Below are positions 1-10,063 of a DNA stretch of 64,000 nt, piece after piece. The number at the start of each line of letters is the position of its first letter. The first letter of the stretch is position 1. The notes beneath the pieces were generated by a model. It worked only from the letters and a program-made list of their open reading frames with translations, was not told the DNA's origin and made no database searches. The translations under genes and the position numbers were made by a program. Source of the DNA: Phormidesmis sp. Its GTDB lineage: Bacteria > Cyanobacteriota > Cyanobacteriia > Leptolyngbyales > Leptolyngbyaceae. The stretch covers positions 320,001 through 384,000 of the forward strand of contig CBDFJR010000002.1 of assembly GCA_965248535.1 (NCBI GenBank). Direction: 5' to 3'.

Positions 1-1
1 T

Positions 2-88
2 CAATGGCAGGCGATTCGCGACGCATCTTTAGAGCAGTTAGCGATCGAGCCTGACAAAAATCCGGTTGCGGGCAGCGATAGTTACTAA
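2..88 (+). CDS. 3' end of an unidentified gene entering from the left edge (partial)
   Basis: Open frame QWQAIRDASLEQLAIEPDKNPVAGSDSY* ending in TAA at 86-88, just before the next gene. Confidence 0.45.
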   Translation, partial: QWQAIRDASLEQLAIEPDKNPVAGSDSY

Positions 89-142
89 CCAGGTTTGGGG
101 GATCGGGGATATGCTGGGGTTTCATTCCTGATCCTAAAAGCT

Positions 143-757
143 ATGCCCGACGATCGCCAATTTGCCCCAGCGACTCAACGGAATCGAGAGCCAATTCTGG
201 ATATTTTGCTGCAAGTTTTGCAGCCGACAGGCACCGTGTTAGAGATCTCTAGCGGCACAGGAGAACACGCAGTTTTTTTTGCGCCTCGACTTGCGCCCCG
301 CCGATGGTTGCCGTCTGATCCAAATCCCGTTGCGCGGGCCAGCATTGCCGCATGGCGACAGGATCAACCCTGCGAAACGTTAGAAGCCGCGATCGCGATC
401 GACGCTCGTGACCCAATTTGGACGATCGCGCCCGATCAGCAACGCTCGATTACGGCGATCGTCAATATCAACATGATCCACATAGCGCCTTGGTCAGCCT
501 GTTTGGGGTTGATGAGCGGAGCCGGAAGACTGCTGCCCGTCGGTGGAGTGTTGTATTTGTATGGCCCCTTCAAGCAGGGCGGCAACCATACAGCGCCGAG
601 CAATGCGGCGTTTGATAAGAGTCTGCAAGCCCAAAACCCAGCTTGGGGAGTTAGAGATTTAGAGGCGGTGATTGCGATCGCTCAAGGGCAAGGTTTAACG
701 ATCGTCAAAACCTATGACATGCCAGCTAATAATCTTTCGGTAGTTTTGCGACGGTAA
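143..757 (+). CDS. DUF938 family SAM-dependent methyltransferase
   Basis: FAPATQRNREPI, VLEISSGTGEH, NMIHIAPW, LYGPF and WGVRDLE motifs; ATG at 143 preferred over TTG at 95. Confidence 0.88.
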   Translation: MPDDRQFAPATQRNREPILDILLQVLQPTGTVLEISSGTGEHAVFFAPRLAPRRWLPSDPNPVARASIAAWRQDQPCETLEAAIAIDARDPIWTIAPDQQRSITAIVNINMIHIAPWSACLGLMSGAGRLLPVGGVLYLYGPFKQGGNHTAPSNAAFDKSLQAQNPAWGVRDLEAVIAIAQGQGLTIVKTYDMPANNLSVVLRR

Positions 758-983
758 AGATGAAACTTTGATGCAACATTACGAAAGATATTTAAATATT
801 GCGAAAGATTATCCTTTGAGAACTTCCTCACAACATCCTCATATTTAAGTTTTATCGTCACCCTTAATACACGCTGTATTGCCAAAACAACTGTTTTTTA
901 ACACAAACACCACTCGATTTGTGAACGCATCCAAACTAGTTGTGTGAATCCGTGAAATTGTTATAACTTAGGACTTTAAAGCC

Positions 984-1154
984 ATGATTACATGCCCTTG
1001 TTGTTCGCATTCAATGCTGCGCCACATTCGCCACGGGTCAGTATATTGGTTTTGCCGCACCTGCTGGTCAGAGATGCCAGATATTCATTACTCGGTCGGA
1101 CGATCGGTTCAGGCTGTGCCGATGCTTAACACAGGCATTCTGGCTCATCGCTAA
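984..1154 (+). CDS. Small cyanobacterial zinc-ribbon-like protein (56 aa, not in ORF track)
   Basis: MITCPCCSHSMLRHIRHGSVYWFCRTCWSEMP... with CPCC and CxxC; AGGA upstream. Confidence 0.75.
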   Translation: MITCPCCSHSMLRHIRHGSVYWFCRTCWSEMPDIHYSVGRSVQAVPMLNTGILAHR

Positions 1155-1190
1155 AAGTGACCAGACGATCGTGGCCCGCTTCACCTAGTG

Positions 1191-1979
1191 CTAGGTTGCT
1201 TTAATTTTGCGCTGGTGAAGCTTAGGTAGCCCCCACCAAGGGACATCTGGCTGTTCGTGATGCTCTTCGTGATAACCAAAGTGATAACAGGTGATAAATG
1301 ACCAAAAGATAGACCAATGGCTGCTCTGGGCGCGAGTTTCGTTGAGATAACCGCCCTTTGGCTCACGGTGAGGCAAGTAGGTGCCAAAGAGAAATAATTG
1401 TAGGGAACTGGCGATCGCAGGCACCACCCAAAACCAATTTAAATTCACTTCTGGAACGTGAAGCCCAATGCTAATGAGATTATAAATCGCCATCAAGCCA
1501 AACAGACGCATCCAACTCCAATAACGAAACATGAAATAGCCATACCAGGCAAAAAAGTTCTTGAATCTACCGTTGTGAAAATCTGGGTCAACGTCGCTGG
1601 CAGGCTGTTGATGATGCAGCCAATGGCTTCTCACCATCTTTTTATAATCAAATAACGCATAGGCGATTAACGCAAAAGAACCAACCCACTGATTGATTTT
1701 TGGATTGCCAGGAGCAATGGCCCCGTGCATGGCATCGTGTCCGGTAATAAACAATCCTGTATATAAGAACGTTTGCCAAACCGTTGCGGCGATGCGCCAC
1801 CCGATCGAAAGCTGAGAGATATCGATCGACAATAAAACAATCAAGCTGATAGCCCAAGTTCCGAGGATGCCAAAGGCGACCAAAACTCCCCGGTTGTAAG
1901 ATAAGATTCCTTCAACTCGTCTGACAGTGGTGCTAGAGACGGGCGCTGATGGCGCGAAAGTTTGGCTAAATTGAGTCAC
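1191..1979 (-). CDS. crtW: Beta-carotene ketolase CrtW
   Basis: His boxes HDAMH, HWLHH and HEEHH; DPDFH and ITCYHFGYH motifs; GTG start at 1979 with GGAG upstream. Confidence 0.9.
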   Translation of the reverse strand: MTQFSQTFAPSAPVSSTTVRRVEGILSYNRGVLVAFGILGTWAISLIVLLSIDISQLSIGWRIAATVWQTFLYTGLFITGHDAMHGAIAPGNPKINQWVGSFALIAYALFDYKKMVRSHWLHHQQPASDVDPDFHNGRFKNFFAWYGYFMFRYWSWMRLFGLMAIYNLISIGLHVPEVNLNWFWVVPAIASSLQLFLFGTYLPHREPKGGYLNETRAQSSHWSIFWSFITCYHFGYHEEHHEQPDVPWWGLPKLHQRKIKAT

Positions 1980-2042
1980 GCAGTTACTCCACAAAATGGC
2001 AAACGGGTATGACCAAGGTTTAATCACCTTGACCTTGAAATC

Positions 2043-2060
2043 TTTACAAATTTTAACAAG
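2043..2060. promoter_or_regulatory. HLR1-like (RpaB) direct repeat upstream of crtW
   Basis: TTTACAAA-TT-TTAACAAG, 10-bp period. Confidence 0.4.
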
Positions 2061-2092
2061 CGCTTCGCTACAATACACCTTTCTATAGGCTT

Positions 2093-2293
2093 ATGGCTAC
2101 CGCTTGGAAATTATTAGAAGCCTTTGCCCAAGGACTTGGAAGCCTTAATTATTCAGCGCTGGCAATTCCTACAGACAGAGCGCCGCAACAGGTCAAGAAT
2201 TTAGTGCAGCAGCCACTGGCAGAGTATGGCTCGATCAACGTGCTAATCAACAACACCGGAATTTATGCGTCTGGCTCGGTCGATAGTTTCTAG
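2093..2293 (+). pseudogene. Short-chain dehydrogenase (SDR) gene fragment
   Basis: ALAIPTD...YGSINVLINNTGI resembles SDR IDVLINNAGI; no N-terminal TGxxxGIG and no YxxxK. Confidence 0.6.
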
Positions 2294-2677
2294 CGCAAAT
2301 GCACAGACGTGAGCGTCGGCTTTGCCGATTTATCGATCGCCTCTAAGCGCCTGTTTCCTAATCTAAGGCAGTGGGTGTTTAGGCGTACCTTCGAGAACCA
2401 AGATTATGGCGCTTCGATCAAGTAGCTGCTAGAAACATAAATCGAAGTATGGGTAATGTAGAAACGAGCATTGACAGCCGAACTAAATCTGAAAATATGT
2501 GGAATGTTTTCGACTACCCTGCTAGTGCAGTATACTGTACAGGAAGCTTCCGTTCATCTACCATTTGAGGTGATATATAGCAACCTTTCGTATATTCGTA
2601 GGTTCTCAAACGATAAGTAGAAACGTTTAGCCCAGTACATAGTTATTCTGTTTACTAGCTGTTCCTTCAAGTGCTTT

Positions 2678-3202
2678 ATGGAGCCTAAAGAAAAAAGTAG
2701 CTCTGGTGGTTGTCTTGTTGGGATAGCTGCTGTCGTCGCCGCAGTTCTGGGTACTGGAGGAATCGCTGGGCTAATTTCACACAGTCCAACTCCAACCCCA
2801 ACTCCTTCTGTGTCTGTATCACCGTCACCCTCAGTGCCTACACAGAAGTATTGTTTTGGAATGAACTTTAAATACTACCCTGATCTGACTTTGCCTTCGC
2901 AAAAAAGTTTAAATAAATATAGAGGTGCAGCAGTTATCCTAGACTTTCTAGCAGACTATCCTGCAATCTCGTCTGGTTTATTGCAAGGTGATGCAGTTGT
3001 TTCTGTTGATGGTAATCCTGTCTTGGGCGAAAATACCCTTAAAGAAGCAGGAGATTATGTCACTGGTGGTCGCCCTATTGAAATGCATATAGTTCGACCG
3101 TCTAAGTACTCGCTTACTAAGTCAGGTTCAATGACGTTATTTCCTCCTTTCTCAGAGTACATATATACTGTCCCTGTAAAACTTTGTCCTTGGCACCACT
3201 GA
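2678..3202 (+). CDS. Membrane-anchored PDZ-like domain protein
   Basis: N-terminal TM helix, Pro/Ser/Thr linker, PA-SSGLLQGDAVVSVDG PDZ-type motif; AT-rich. Confidence 0.65.
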   Translation: MEPKEKSSSGGCLVGIAAVVAAVLGTGGIAGLISHSPTPTPTPSVSVSPSPSVPTQKYCFGMNFKYYPDLTLPSQKSLNKYRGAAVILDFLADYPAISSGLLQGDAVVSVDGNPVLGENTLKEAGDYVTGGRPIEMHIVRPSKYSLTKSGSMTLFPPFSEYIYTVPVKLCPWHH

Positions 3203-3461
3203 TTAGAACTGCTCGTTAGGACGTTTCTATCGCTGATCTTGTAAGCTGATCGACACATGGAAATAAAACGTCTTTGTTCCACCTATAACTTTGACAATTG
3301 CCACCGTTTCAGCGCGATGGTAATATCGCCACAAACTCTGTTCCGCGCCAACTGCATAGCATTTCTTCGTTGAGTCCGAGAAGTTGATAGCAGTAGGTAA
3401 CCCTCTAGATGCACTTGCCCTGCCGCTAAGAAAAAGAACTCGTGCCCTGTTAAATAATTTC

Positions 3462-3683
3462 TCAAGCTTTTGCAGGCTTTAAAACTAGCCACCCAATGAA
3501 AAAGAATGCCGCAGTAAACAACTGCACAATTTCTAAGGCAGAAAGATAGCCATCAGAGAGAGTTGCGATCGAGCGATCGCCAATTCCAAATAGCCAAGAG
3601 GAAACGCCAAAGAGCCAAATCCCATTTTTGAGACTCATTAAAAACGCCATTGGGTCAGAAGTTTGGGGGGTCATATCAGTCAC
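3462..3683 (-). CDS. Small hypothetical membrane protein
   Basis: Two hydrophobic segments (GIWLFGVSSWLFGI; LFTAAFFFIGWLVL). Confidence 0.7.
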   Translation of the reverse strand: MTDMTPQTSDPMAFLMSLKNGIWLFGVSSWLFGIGDRSIATLSDGYLSALEIVQLFTAAFFFIGWLVLKPAKA

Positions 3684-3894
3684 TCTTTGGTTAGACCAGA
3701 TAGGTAAGTCAGTAAATTGAGCAGTCCATCCACCACTTGGTTTTATACATATTAAGAAATATTTTAACTTCTTGCCATATTTCCCAAGATGTACACCCTA
3801 GCTCTTTGACCTAGATCATAAAGTTTGTCAGCAACGCTTTTGGTAGGATTTAACGAGAAGCCGCTCCCCATCTCGCCCTTATCCTTACTAACTG

Positions 3895-5496
3895 ATGACC
3901 TATGCCATTGATTTTGGAACCAGCAACACTGTCGTCACTCGCTGGAACCCAGTCATCCAAAAGCCTGAAACGCTTTCTCTGCCGGGAATCTCGCTTCGAG
4001 CCGGACAGAATCCGCCGTTGATTCCTAGTTTGCTCTATGTTGAAAATGCTCAAAAAGGAACCGTGATCGTTGGGCAACAGGTGCGCGATCGGGCCCTCGA
4101 TCTAGCCACCGATGCGCGATTTTTTCGCAACTTTAAGCGGGGCATCGGCTCAAATGTGCAGGGTTTTTTGCCGGAGCTAGATGGCCAAACCGTCAACTTT
4201 GAGCAAGTCGGCGACTGGTTTTTGACTCAAATCATTACCCAACTCAAAGCGACCGATCCTGAGATTGCCCGATCGCTGGTCTTCACCGTCCCGGTTGATA
4301 GTTTTGAGGTCTACCGTCTGTGGCTGGGTCGAGTCTGCCAATCGCTTAACATTGACCAAGTGCGAATGTTAGATGAGCCAACGGCGGCGGCCTTGGGCTA
4401 TGGACTCAGCGATCGTCAAACGCTCTTGGTGCTCGACTTTGGCGGCGGCACTTTAGATCTGTCGCTCGTGCAGCTAGATGGCAACGAACAAACCAAAGCA
4501 AAACCCCTCGGATTCGTGCTCAAATGGGGGCAAAAATCCTTTGCTGAACAGTCCGGACAGCGCCCCAAAATTGCGAGAGTTTTGGCTAAGGCCGGACAAA
4601 ATTTGGGCGGCTCGGATATTGATCATTGGCTGGTTGATTACTTTGTTGAGACTCAAGGAATCTCAGCCACTCCGTTAATCTCTCGGCTGGCAGAACGGCT
4701 CAAAATTCAACTCTCGCTGCAACAGCAAGCGCAAGAAGTTTACTTCAACGACGAGACGTTTGAGAGCTATGAGTTGTCTCTCACCCGCAGCCAGTTTGAG
4801 CAGATTCTCACCGAGCACCAGTTTTTTGAAACTTTAGATGAGGCGATGGGGCAAGTTCTGCAACAAGCGCGACGACAAGGACTGGAGATCAAAGACATTG
4901 ATGCTGTGTTGCTCGTCGGCGGGACGGTACAAATTCCGGCGGTGCAGACGTGGGTGGGTCAATATTTTGAAGGGTCAAAGATTCGCTGTGAAAAGCCGTT
5001 TGAAGCGATCGCTCAGGGTGCTTTGCAACTCAGCCAAGGCATTCAGCTTAAAGATTTTCTCTATCACGGCTATGGCATTCGCTATTGGGATCGACGCAAC
5101 AACTGCCACAGTTGGCATCCGCTAATCAAAGCCGGACAGCCTTACCCGATGCAAAACTCGGTTGAACTGGTGCTGGGTGCGTCGCTAGACAGTCAGCCTA
5201 GCATTGAGCTAATCATTGGCGAACTCGGCACCGACACGGCTCAGACTGAAGTGTATTTTGATGGCGATCGCCTGATCACGCGCAGTCTTGCCAGCAGTCA
5301 AGCTCAGGTGCAGCCGCTCAACGATCGCGCCGGGGCCCGCAACATTGCCCAACTCGATCCTCACGGGTCACCAGGGAGCGATCGCATCAAGGTCCATTTT
5401 CAGGTAGACGACCAGCGCTTTCTTCGCATTACCGTTGAAGACTTGCTGACTGCCCGCACTCTCTTGGACGATCAGCCTGTGGTGCAACTGAGTTAA
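3895..5496 (+). CDS. Hsp70 family protein (non-canonical cyanobacterial DnaK-like)
   Basis: AIDFGTSNT, DEPTAAALGYG, LDFGGGTLDLS and VLLVGGT motifs; shortened substrate-binding region. Confidence 0.9.
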   Translation: MTYAIDFGTSNTVVTRWNPVIQKPETLSLPGISLRAGQNPPLIPSLLYVENAQKGTVIVGQQVRDRALDLATDARFFRNFKRGIGSNVQGFLPELDGQTVNFEQVGDWFLTQIITQLKATDPEIARSLVFTVPVDSFEVYRLWLGRVCQSLNIDQVRMLDEPTAAALGYGLSDRQTLLVLDFGGGTLDLSLVQLDGNEQTKAKPLGFVLKWGQKSFAEQSGQRPKIARVLAKAGQNLGGSDIDHWLVDYFVETQGISATPLISRLAERLKIQLSLQQQAQEVYFNDETFESYELSLTRSQFEQILTEHQFFETLDEAMGQVLQQARRQGLEIKDIDAVLLVGGTVQIPAVQTWVGQYFEGSKIRCEKPFEAIAQGALQLSQGIQLKDFLYHGYGIRYWDRRNNCHSWHPLIKAGQPYPMQNSVELVLGASLDSQPSIELIIGELGTDTAQTEVYFDGDRLITRSLASSQAQVQPLNDRAGARNIAQLDPHGSPGSDRIKVHFQVDDQRFLRITVEDLLTARTLLDDQPVVQLS

Positions 5497-5505
5497 ACGC
5501 CACTA

Positions 5506-5537
5506 AGATCCCCGACTTCCCAAGAAGTCGGGGATCT
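5506..5537. repeat. Perfect 14-bp inverted repeat between convergent genes (dispersed repeat or bidirectional terminator)
   Basis: AGATCCCCGACTTC-CCAA-GAAGTCGGGGATCT. Confidence 0.75.
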
Positions 5538-5548
5538 GTTTGACCAGC

Positions 5549-6688
<1,140 letters not shown>

Positions 6689-7011
6689 TCAGAGATTGAC
6701 CTGCCTCTATCTTATTGATCTCTATCTTTGTTTTTCCAGTCGGTTTGTGTTAACTTTCTTGAGCTTTAACGGCGGCACTTTAACGAGTTTGCAGGGCTTT
6801 CAAGCATTGGTCTGAATCCTGCATCTTTACGTTTAAAGTCATTAGCTGAATCGCGATCGAGCCGTGATTGAATTTTGGTGATCTCAGGCATTGAAACCGT
6901 TGAATTGGGTTCGTCTATCTTTACGTTTCTTCACCCAATTTTTGTGAATCTTTACACTAAAAAGCGCCCTGACTATCAAGGCGCTAATCCCTTAAGAGAG
7001 GATTTTTAAGG

Positions 7012-7710
7012 CTAGGCGATCGCCGCGATCGTGTCCAGCAGTCCCTCAAACAATCGCCGTCCGTCGGTGCCGCCCAACCTCTTGTCAGCCGCCCGTTCGG
7101 GGTGAGGCATCATGCCCAACACATTGCCCTGACGGTTGCAAATGCCCGCAATGTGATTCAGCGACCCATTGGGATTGCTAGACTGATCAGACTTGCCCTC
7201 AGCATTATAGTAGCGAAACAAGACTTGATCGTGGTCTTCAAGAGACTTCAACGTGTCGGCATCGGCGTAATAACTGCCTTCACCGTGGGCGATCGGCAGT
7301 GTGATCACCTCGTCAGTCTGATAGCCAGTTGTCCAGGGTAAATCAGTTCGCTCGACTTTAAGCGGCACCCGATCGCAGACAAAATGCAAATCTCGATTGC
7401 GAACGAGCGCCCCCGGCAGCAAGCCCGCCTCGGTTAAAACTTGAAACCCATTGCAAATTCCTAAAACAAACTTGCCCTGTTCTGCGTGTTTGATCGTGGC
7501 TTGCATGACGGGAGAAAATCGGGCGATCGCGCCGCATCGCAGATAATCGCCGTAGCTAAACCCACCGGGCACAATCACCACATCAATATCAGACAAATCA
7601 CTGTCTTCATGCCAAATCATGCGAGTCGGCTGACTGAGCAACCCTTGGGTCACCCAAACCACATCACGATCGCAGTTCGACCCCGGAAAAACTACTACCC
7701 CAAATTTCAT
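7012..7710 (-). CDS. purQ: Phosphoribosylformylglycinamidine synthase subunit PurQ
   Basis: [27 protein letters not shown] and MMPHPER motifs. Confidence 0.97.
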   Translation of the reverse strand: MKFGVVVFPGSNCDRDVVWVTQGLLSQPTRMIWHEDSDLSDIDVVIVPGGFSYGDYLRCGAIARFSPVMQATIKHAEQGKFVLGICNGFQVLTEAGLLPGALVRNRDLHFVCDRVPLKVERTDLPWTTGYQTDEVITLPIAHGEGSYYADADTLKSLEDHDQVLFRYYNAEGKSDQSSNPNGSLNHIAGICNRQGNVLGMMPHPERAADKRLGGTDGRRLFEGLLDTIAAIA

Positions 7711-7796
7711 GCTGCGCCCAACTCTTAGCTTGGATTGAGAGTGCCGTTACTCTATCATTTCGCCGTCGCCAGATCTTAGAGAACTTGGACTGACGA

Positions 7797-8453
7797 CTAG
7801 GAAATTTCGGCTGAGGCCCGAACGGCTTCTGTGTCTGCGATCGCGCTTTGAGTCACCGCAGCTAGCGCCTCGGTTTGAATTTCGCGTTCTTGAATCAGCA
7901 ATCCGCCTAGATGAATAATTGCTAACCCAACCGCCGCGATCGACACCAAATAGCTGTGAAGCGCATAGAGATGTTCGACGCTGACCGTGCCCAGCGCCCC
8001 GCCCCCCGTCAGCGCATCTTTTAGCTGAGGGCCAATGAGCGGAATCGCCTCGATCGTGCCCAGTTCGATCTTGAGTCGCCAAAAACCAAGCTGACTCCAG
8101 CCCAAAAGCATCGCAGTCCAAGCCAGCCCGATCGCTGACAGCGTGAACAAAATGCCACTCACCCAAGCCGTGAGCCAACTGCGACGAAATCGCTCACCCA
8201 AAAACATCACCACGATTTGAATCAACCCTACGCCAATCACCCAATTGCCCGCTAGGTTGTGCATTGTGTGAATCAGCCAACCATAGGGGATGGCAGTGTC
8301 GATCGCTTTGAGAGATGTGTAGGCACCGCTCGCCGACGGCTCATAATAAAACGCCAAAAGAACGCCGCTACTAGCTGCAATCAGCGTCAACGTCAGGGTT
8401 GCCACCGCTAAAATCGTCGATAGTCGTCTCAAGATGAAGGAGGAGTCTTTCAT
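7797..8453 (-). CDS. Cytochrome b/b6 N-terminal domain protein (PetB-like paralog)
   Basis: SGVLLAFYYEP, GWLIHTMH, LTAWVSG, AIPLIG and LYALH motifs; about 4 TM helices. Confidence 0.82.
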   Translation of the reverse strand: MKDSSFILRRLSTILAVATLTLTLIAASSGVLLAFYYEPSASGAYTSLKAIDTAIPYGWLIHTMHNLAGNWVIGVGLIQIVVMFLGERFRRSWLTAWVSGILFTLSAIGLAWTAMLLGWSQLGFWRLKIELGTIEAIPLIGPQLKDALTGGGALGTVSVEHLYALHSYLVSIAAVGLAIIHLGGLLIQEREIQTEALAAVTQSAIADTEAVRASAEIS

Positions 8454-8578
8454 GGGATCTAAGCTCTCTTTTGATCAGATAGGTCAAGACAAAAGCGGAA
8501 ACCACCCAACGGCTTATCTCCTAAGATATAAAGCTTTACAAATCTTACAATCCTCCTAAGCGTAGAGATAGCGATCGC

Positions 8579-9280
8579 TCAAGCTAAATAAGTCACCCAC
8601 TTGGGCACCACGTCTGAAGAGCCATACCAAAGCCCGCCCGATCTCGGCGAATGTCTGACCTGATCTAACGTCAAGTTTTCTGCCCCGTCTAAATGAGCCG
8701 ACTCGATCGGGCAAATTCCATCTCCCCAAGTGTTGCCGTGCCCACAGGTTAACTGATAGCTGCTATAGGCTAACCAACGACCCGGACGGCGTTCTCCATA
8801 GACGGCTTTACCCGCGACACAGGCATAGTTCACATCGGCATAAAAAGCACCGGGGTAAGTGAGATTGACGAAATCGAGATTGGTGCGAGTCCAGCGCTCA
8901 AAGCTCGTGTGGGGAGTGCCCAAGGTGATCAAATTCGCGACCCAAGAATGGGCTTTCCAAGTGTAAGTGCGGCTGGGCTGCGTTCCGTGGACATCATAGA
9001 GATGCTCACCGAGATAAATGCGCGAGATCCAGCCGCCTGCTGAGTGTCCGATCAAATTAATCTGCGACGCATTGTGATGCTGCAACACTTGCTCAACGGT
9101 TTGATGCAGGCGCTCTAAAATCGGCAGCATCGATCGTCCGCCCAACGTCGGCAACCAGTCTCGTTTGAGCAATGGCACTGTCACCGTCGGGTGGCCCGCC
9201 TCAATTAACTGGTGTTGGAGATCGCGATAATCGATCGCGCTGGCAAGATATCCGGGCAAAATCACAGTCGGTAAGGGCAT
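8579..9280 (-). CDS. Alpha/beta hydrolase (lipase/esterase-like)
   Basis: GHSAGG nucleophile elbow, LITLGTPH, GDGICP and terminal His. Confidence 0.85.
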   Translation of the reverse strand: MPLPTVILPGYLASAIDYRDLQHQLIEAGHPTVTVPLLKRDWLPTLGGRSMLPILERLHQTVEQVLQHHNASQINLIGHSAGGWISRIYLGEHLYDVHGTQPSRTYTWKAHSWVANLITLGTPHTSFERWTRTNLDFVNLTYPGAFYADVNYACVAGKAVYGERRPGRWLAYSSYQLTCGHGNTWGDGICPIESAHLDGAENLTLDQVRHSPRSGGLWYGSSDVVPKWVTYLA

Positions 9281-9457
9281 CAGTCAACGCTCAAAGGACA
9301 GGATCATTTTAGAATTTAACGCTGGGAATAGTGGAAACAAAAAAATATTGCCACTCTTCACGCTAGGGGTATCATGAATGTCGGAGGGTCGATCCCTTTT
9401 GAAACGTCTGATTAGAGGATCACCTCTGACAGGGTTGTTCTCTCACGTTTTAGCTTT

Positions 9458-9973
9458 ATGCGGTGTCCTTCTTGTCATCATCCAGATAACCGTGTGCTTG
9501 AGTCGCGATCGGCAGAAGCCGGGCAAAGCGTGCGGCGACGGCGCGAGTGCTTGCGATGCACCCATCGGTTTACCACCTATGAGCGGATTGAGTTTGTGCC
9601 GATCGTGGTGCTTAAACGCAATGGTGAGCGAGAGTCTTTCGATCGCTCAAAGCTGCTGAGAGAATTAGTGAGAGCCTGTGAAAAAACCACCATTTTAGAG
9701 CCGCGCATTGAGATCCTAGCCGAAGAAATCGAGTCTGACTTGCAGCAGCGGGTTGGGCGCGAAGTCACCAGCGCTGAAATCATTGAACTGGTGCTGCATC
9801 ACCTCCGATCGCTCAACGAAGTGGCCTACATTCGCTATGCTTCTCTCTACTGTCAGTTTGAAGGCATTCAAGATTTTGTCGATGCCATTGACCAACTTCA
9901 CGATCGCGTTAAGCTAGCCAACCACCCCTCTGACCCCGAAGCACTGTCAGAAATAAACGCCTTTAATCGGTAG
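9458..9973 (+). CDS. nrdR: Transcriptional repressor NrdR
   Basis: MRCPSC...RRRREC..C..RFTTYE zinc ribbon followed by an ATP-cone. Confidence 0.93.
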   Translation: MRCPSCHHPDNRVLESRSAEAGQSVRRRRECLRCTHRFTTYERIEFVPIVVLKRNGERESFDRSKLLRELVRACEKTTILEPRIEILAEEIESDLQQRVGREVTSAEIIELVLHHLRSLNEVAYIRYASLYCQFEGIQDFVDAIDQLHDRVKLANHPSDPEALSEINAFNR

Positions 9974-10063
9974 CGGTTACGCTGTTTTGGCGCAAACTCA
10001 GTTGCTATTCTAGAGAAGCCGGATTGCGGCTAAGATTCTTGCGTTTGTGCAGTCTACTGTTCT

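Noticed and set aside
3204..3222. TTAGAAC-N5-GTTAGGA after the PDZ-like gene as an attC
   Set aside because: No L boxes or paired arms; too short to distinguish from chance
8535..8551. TTTACAAA-T-CTTACAAT as HLR1
   Set aside because: The period is 9 bp, not the required 10
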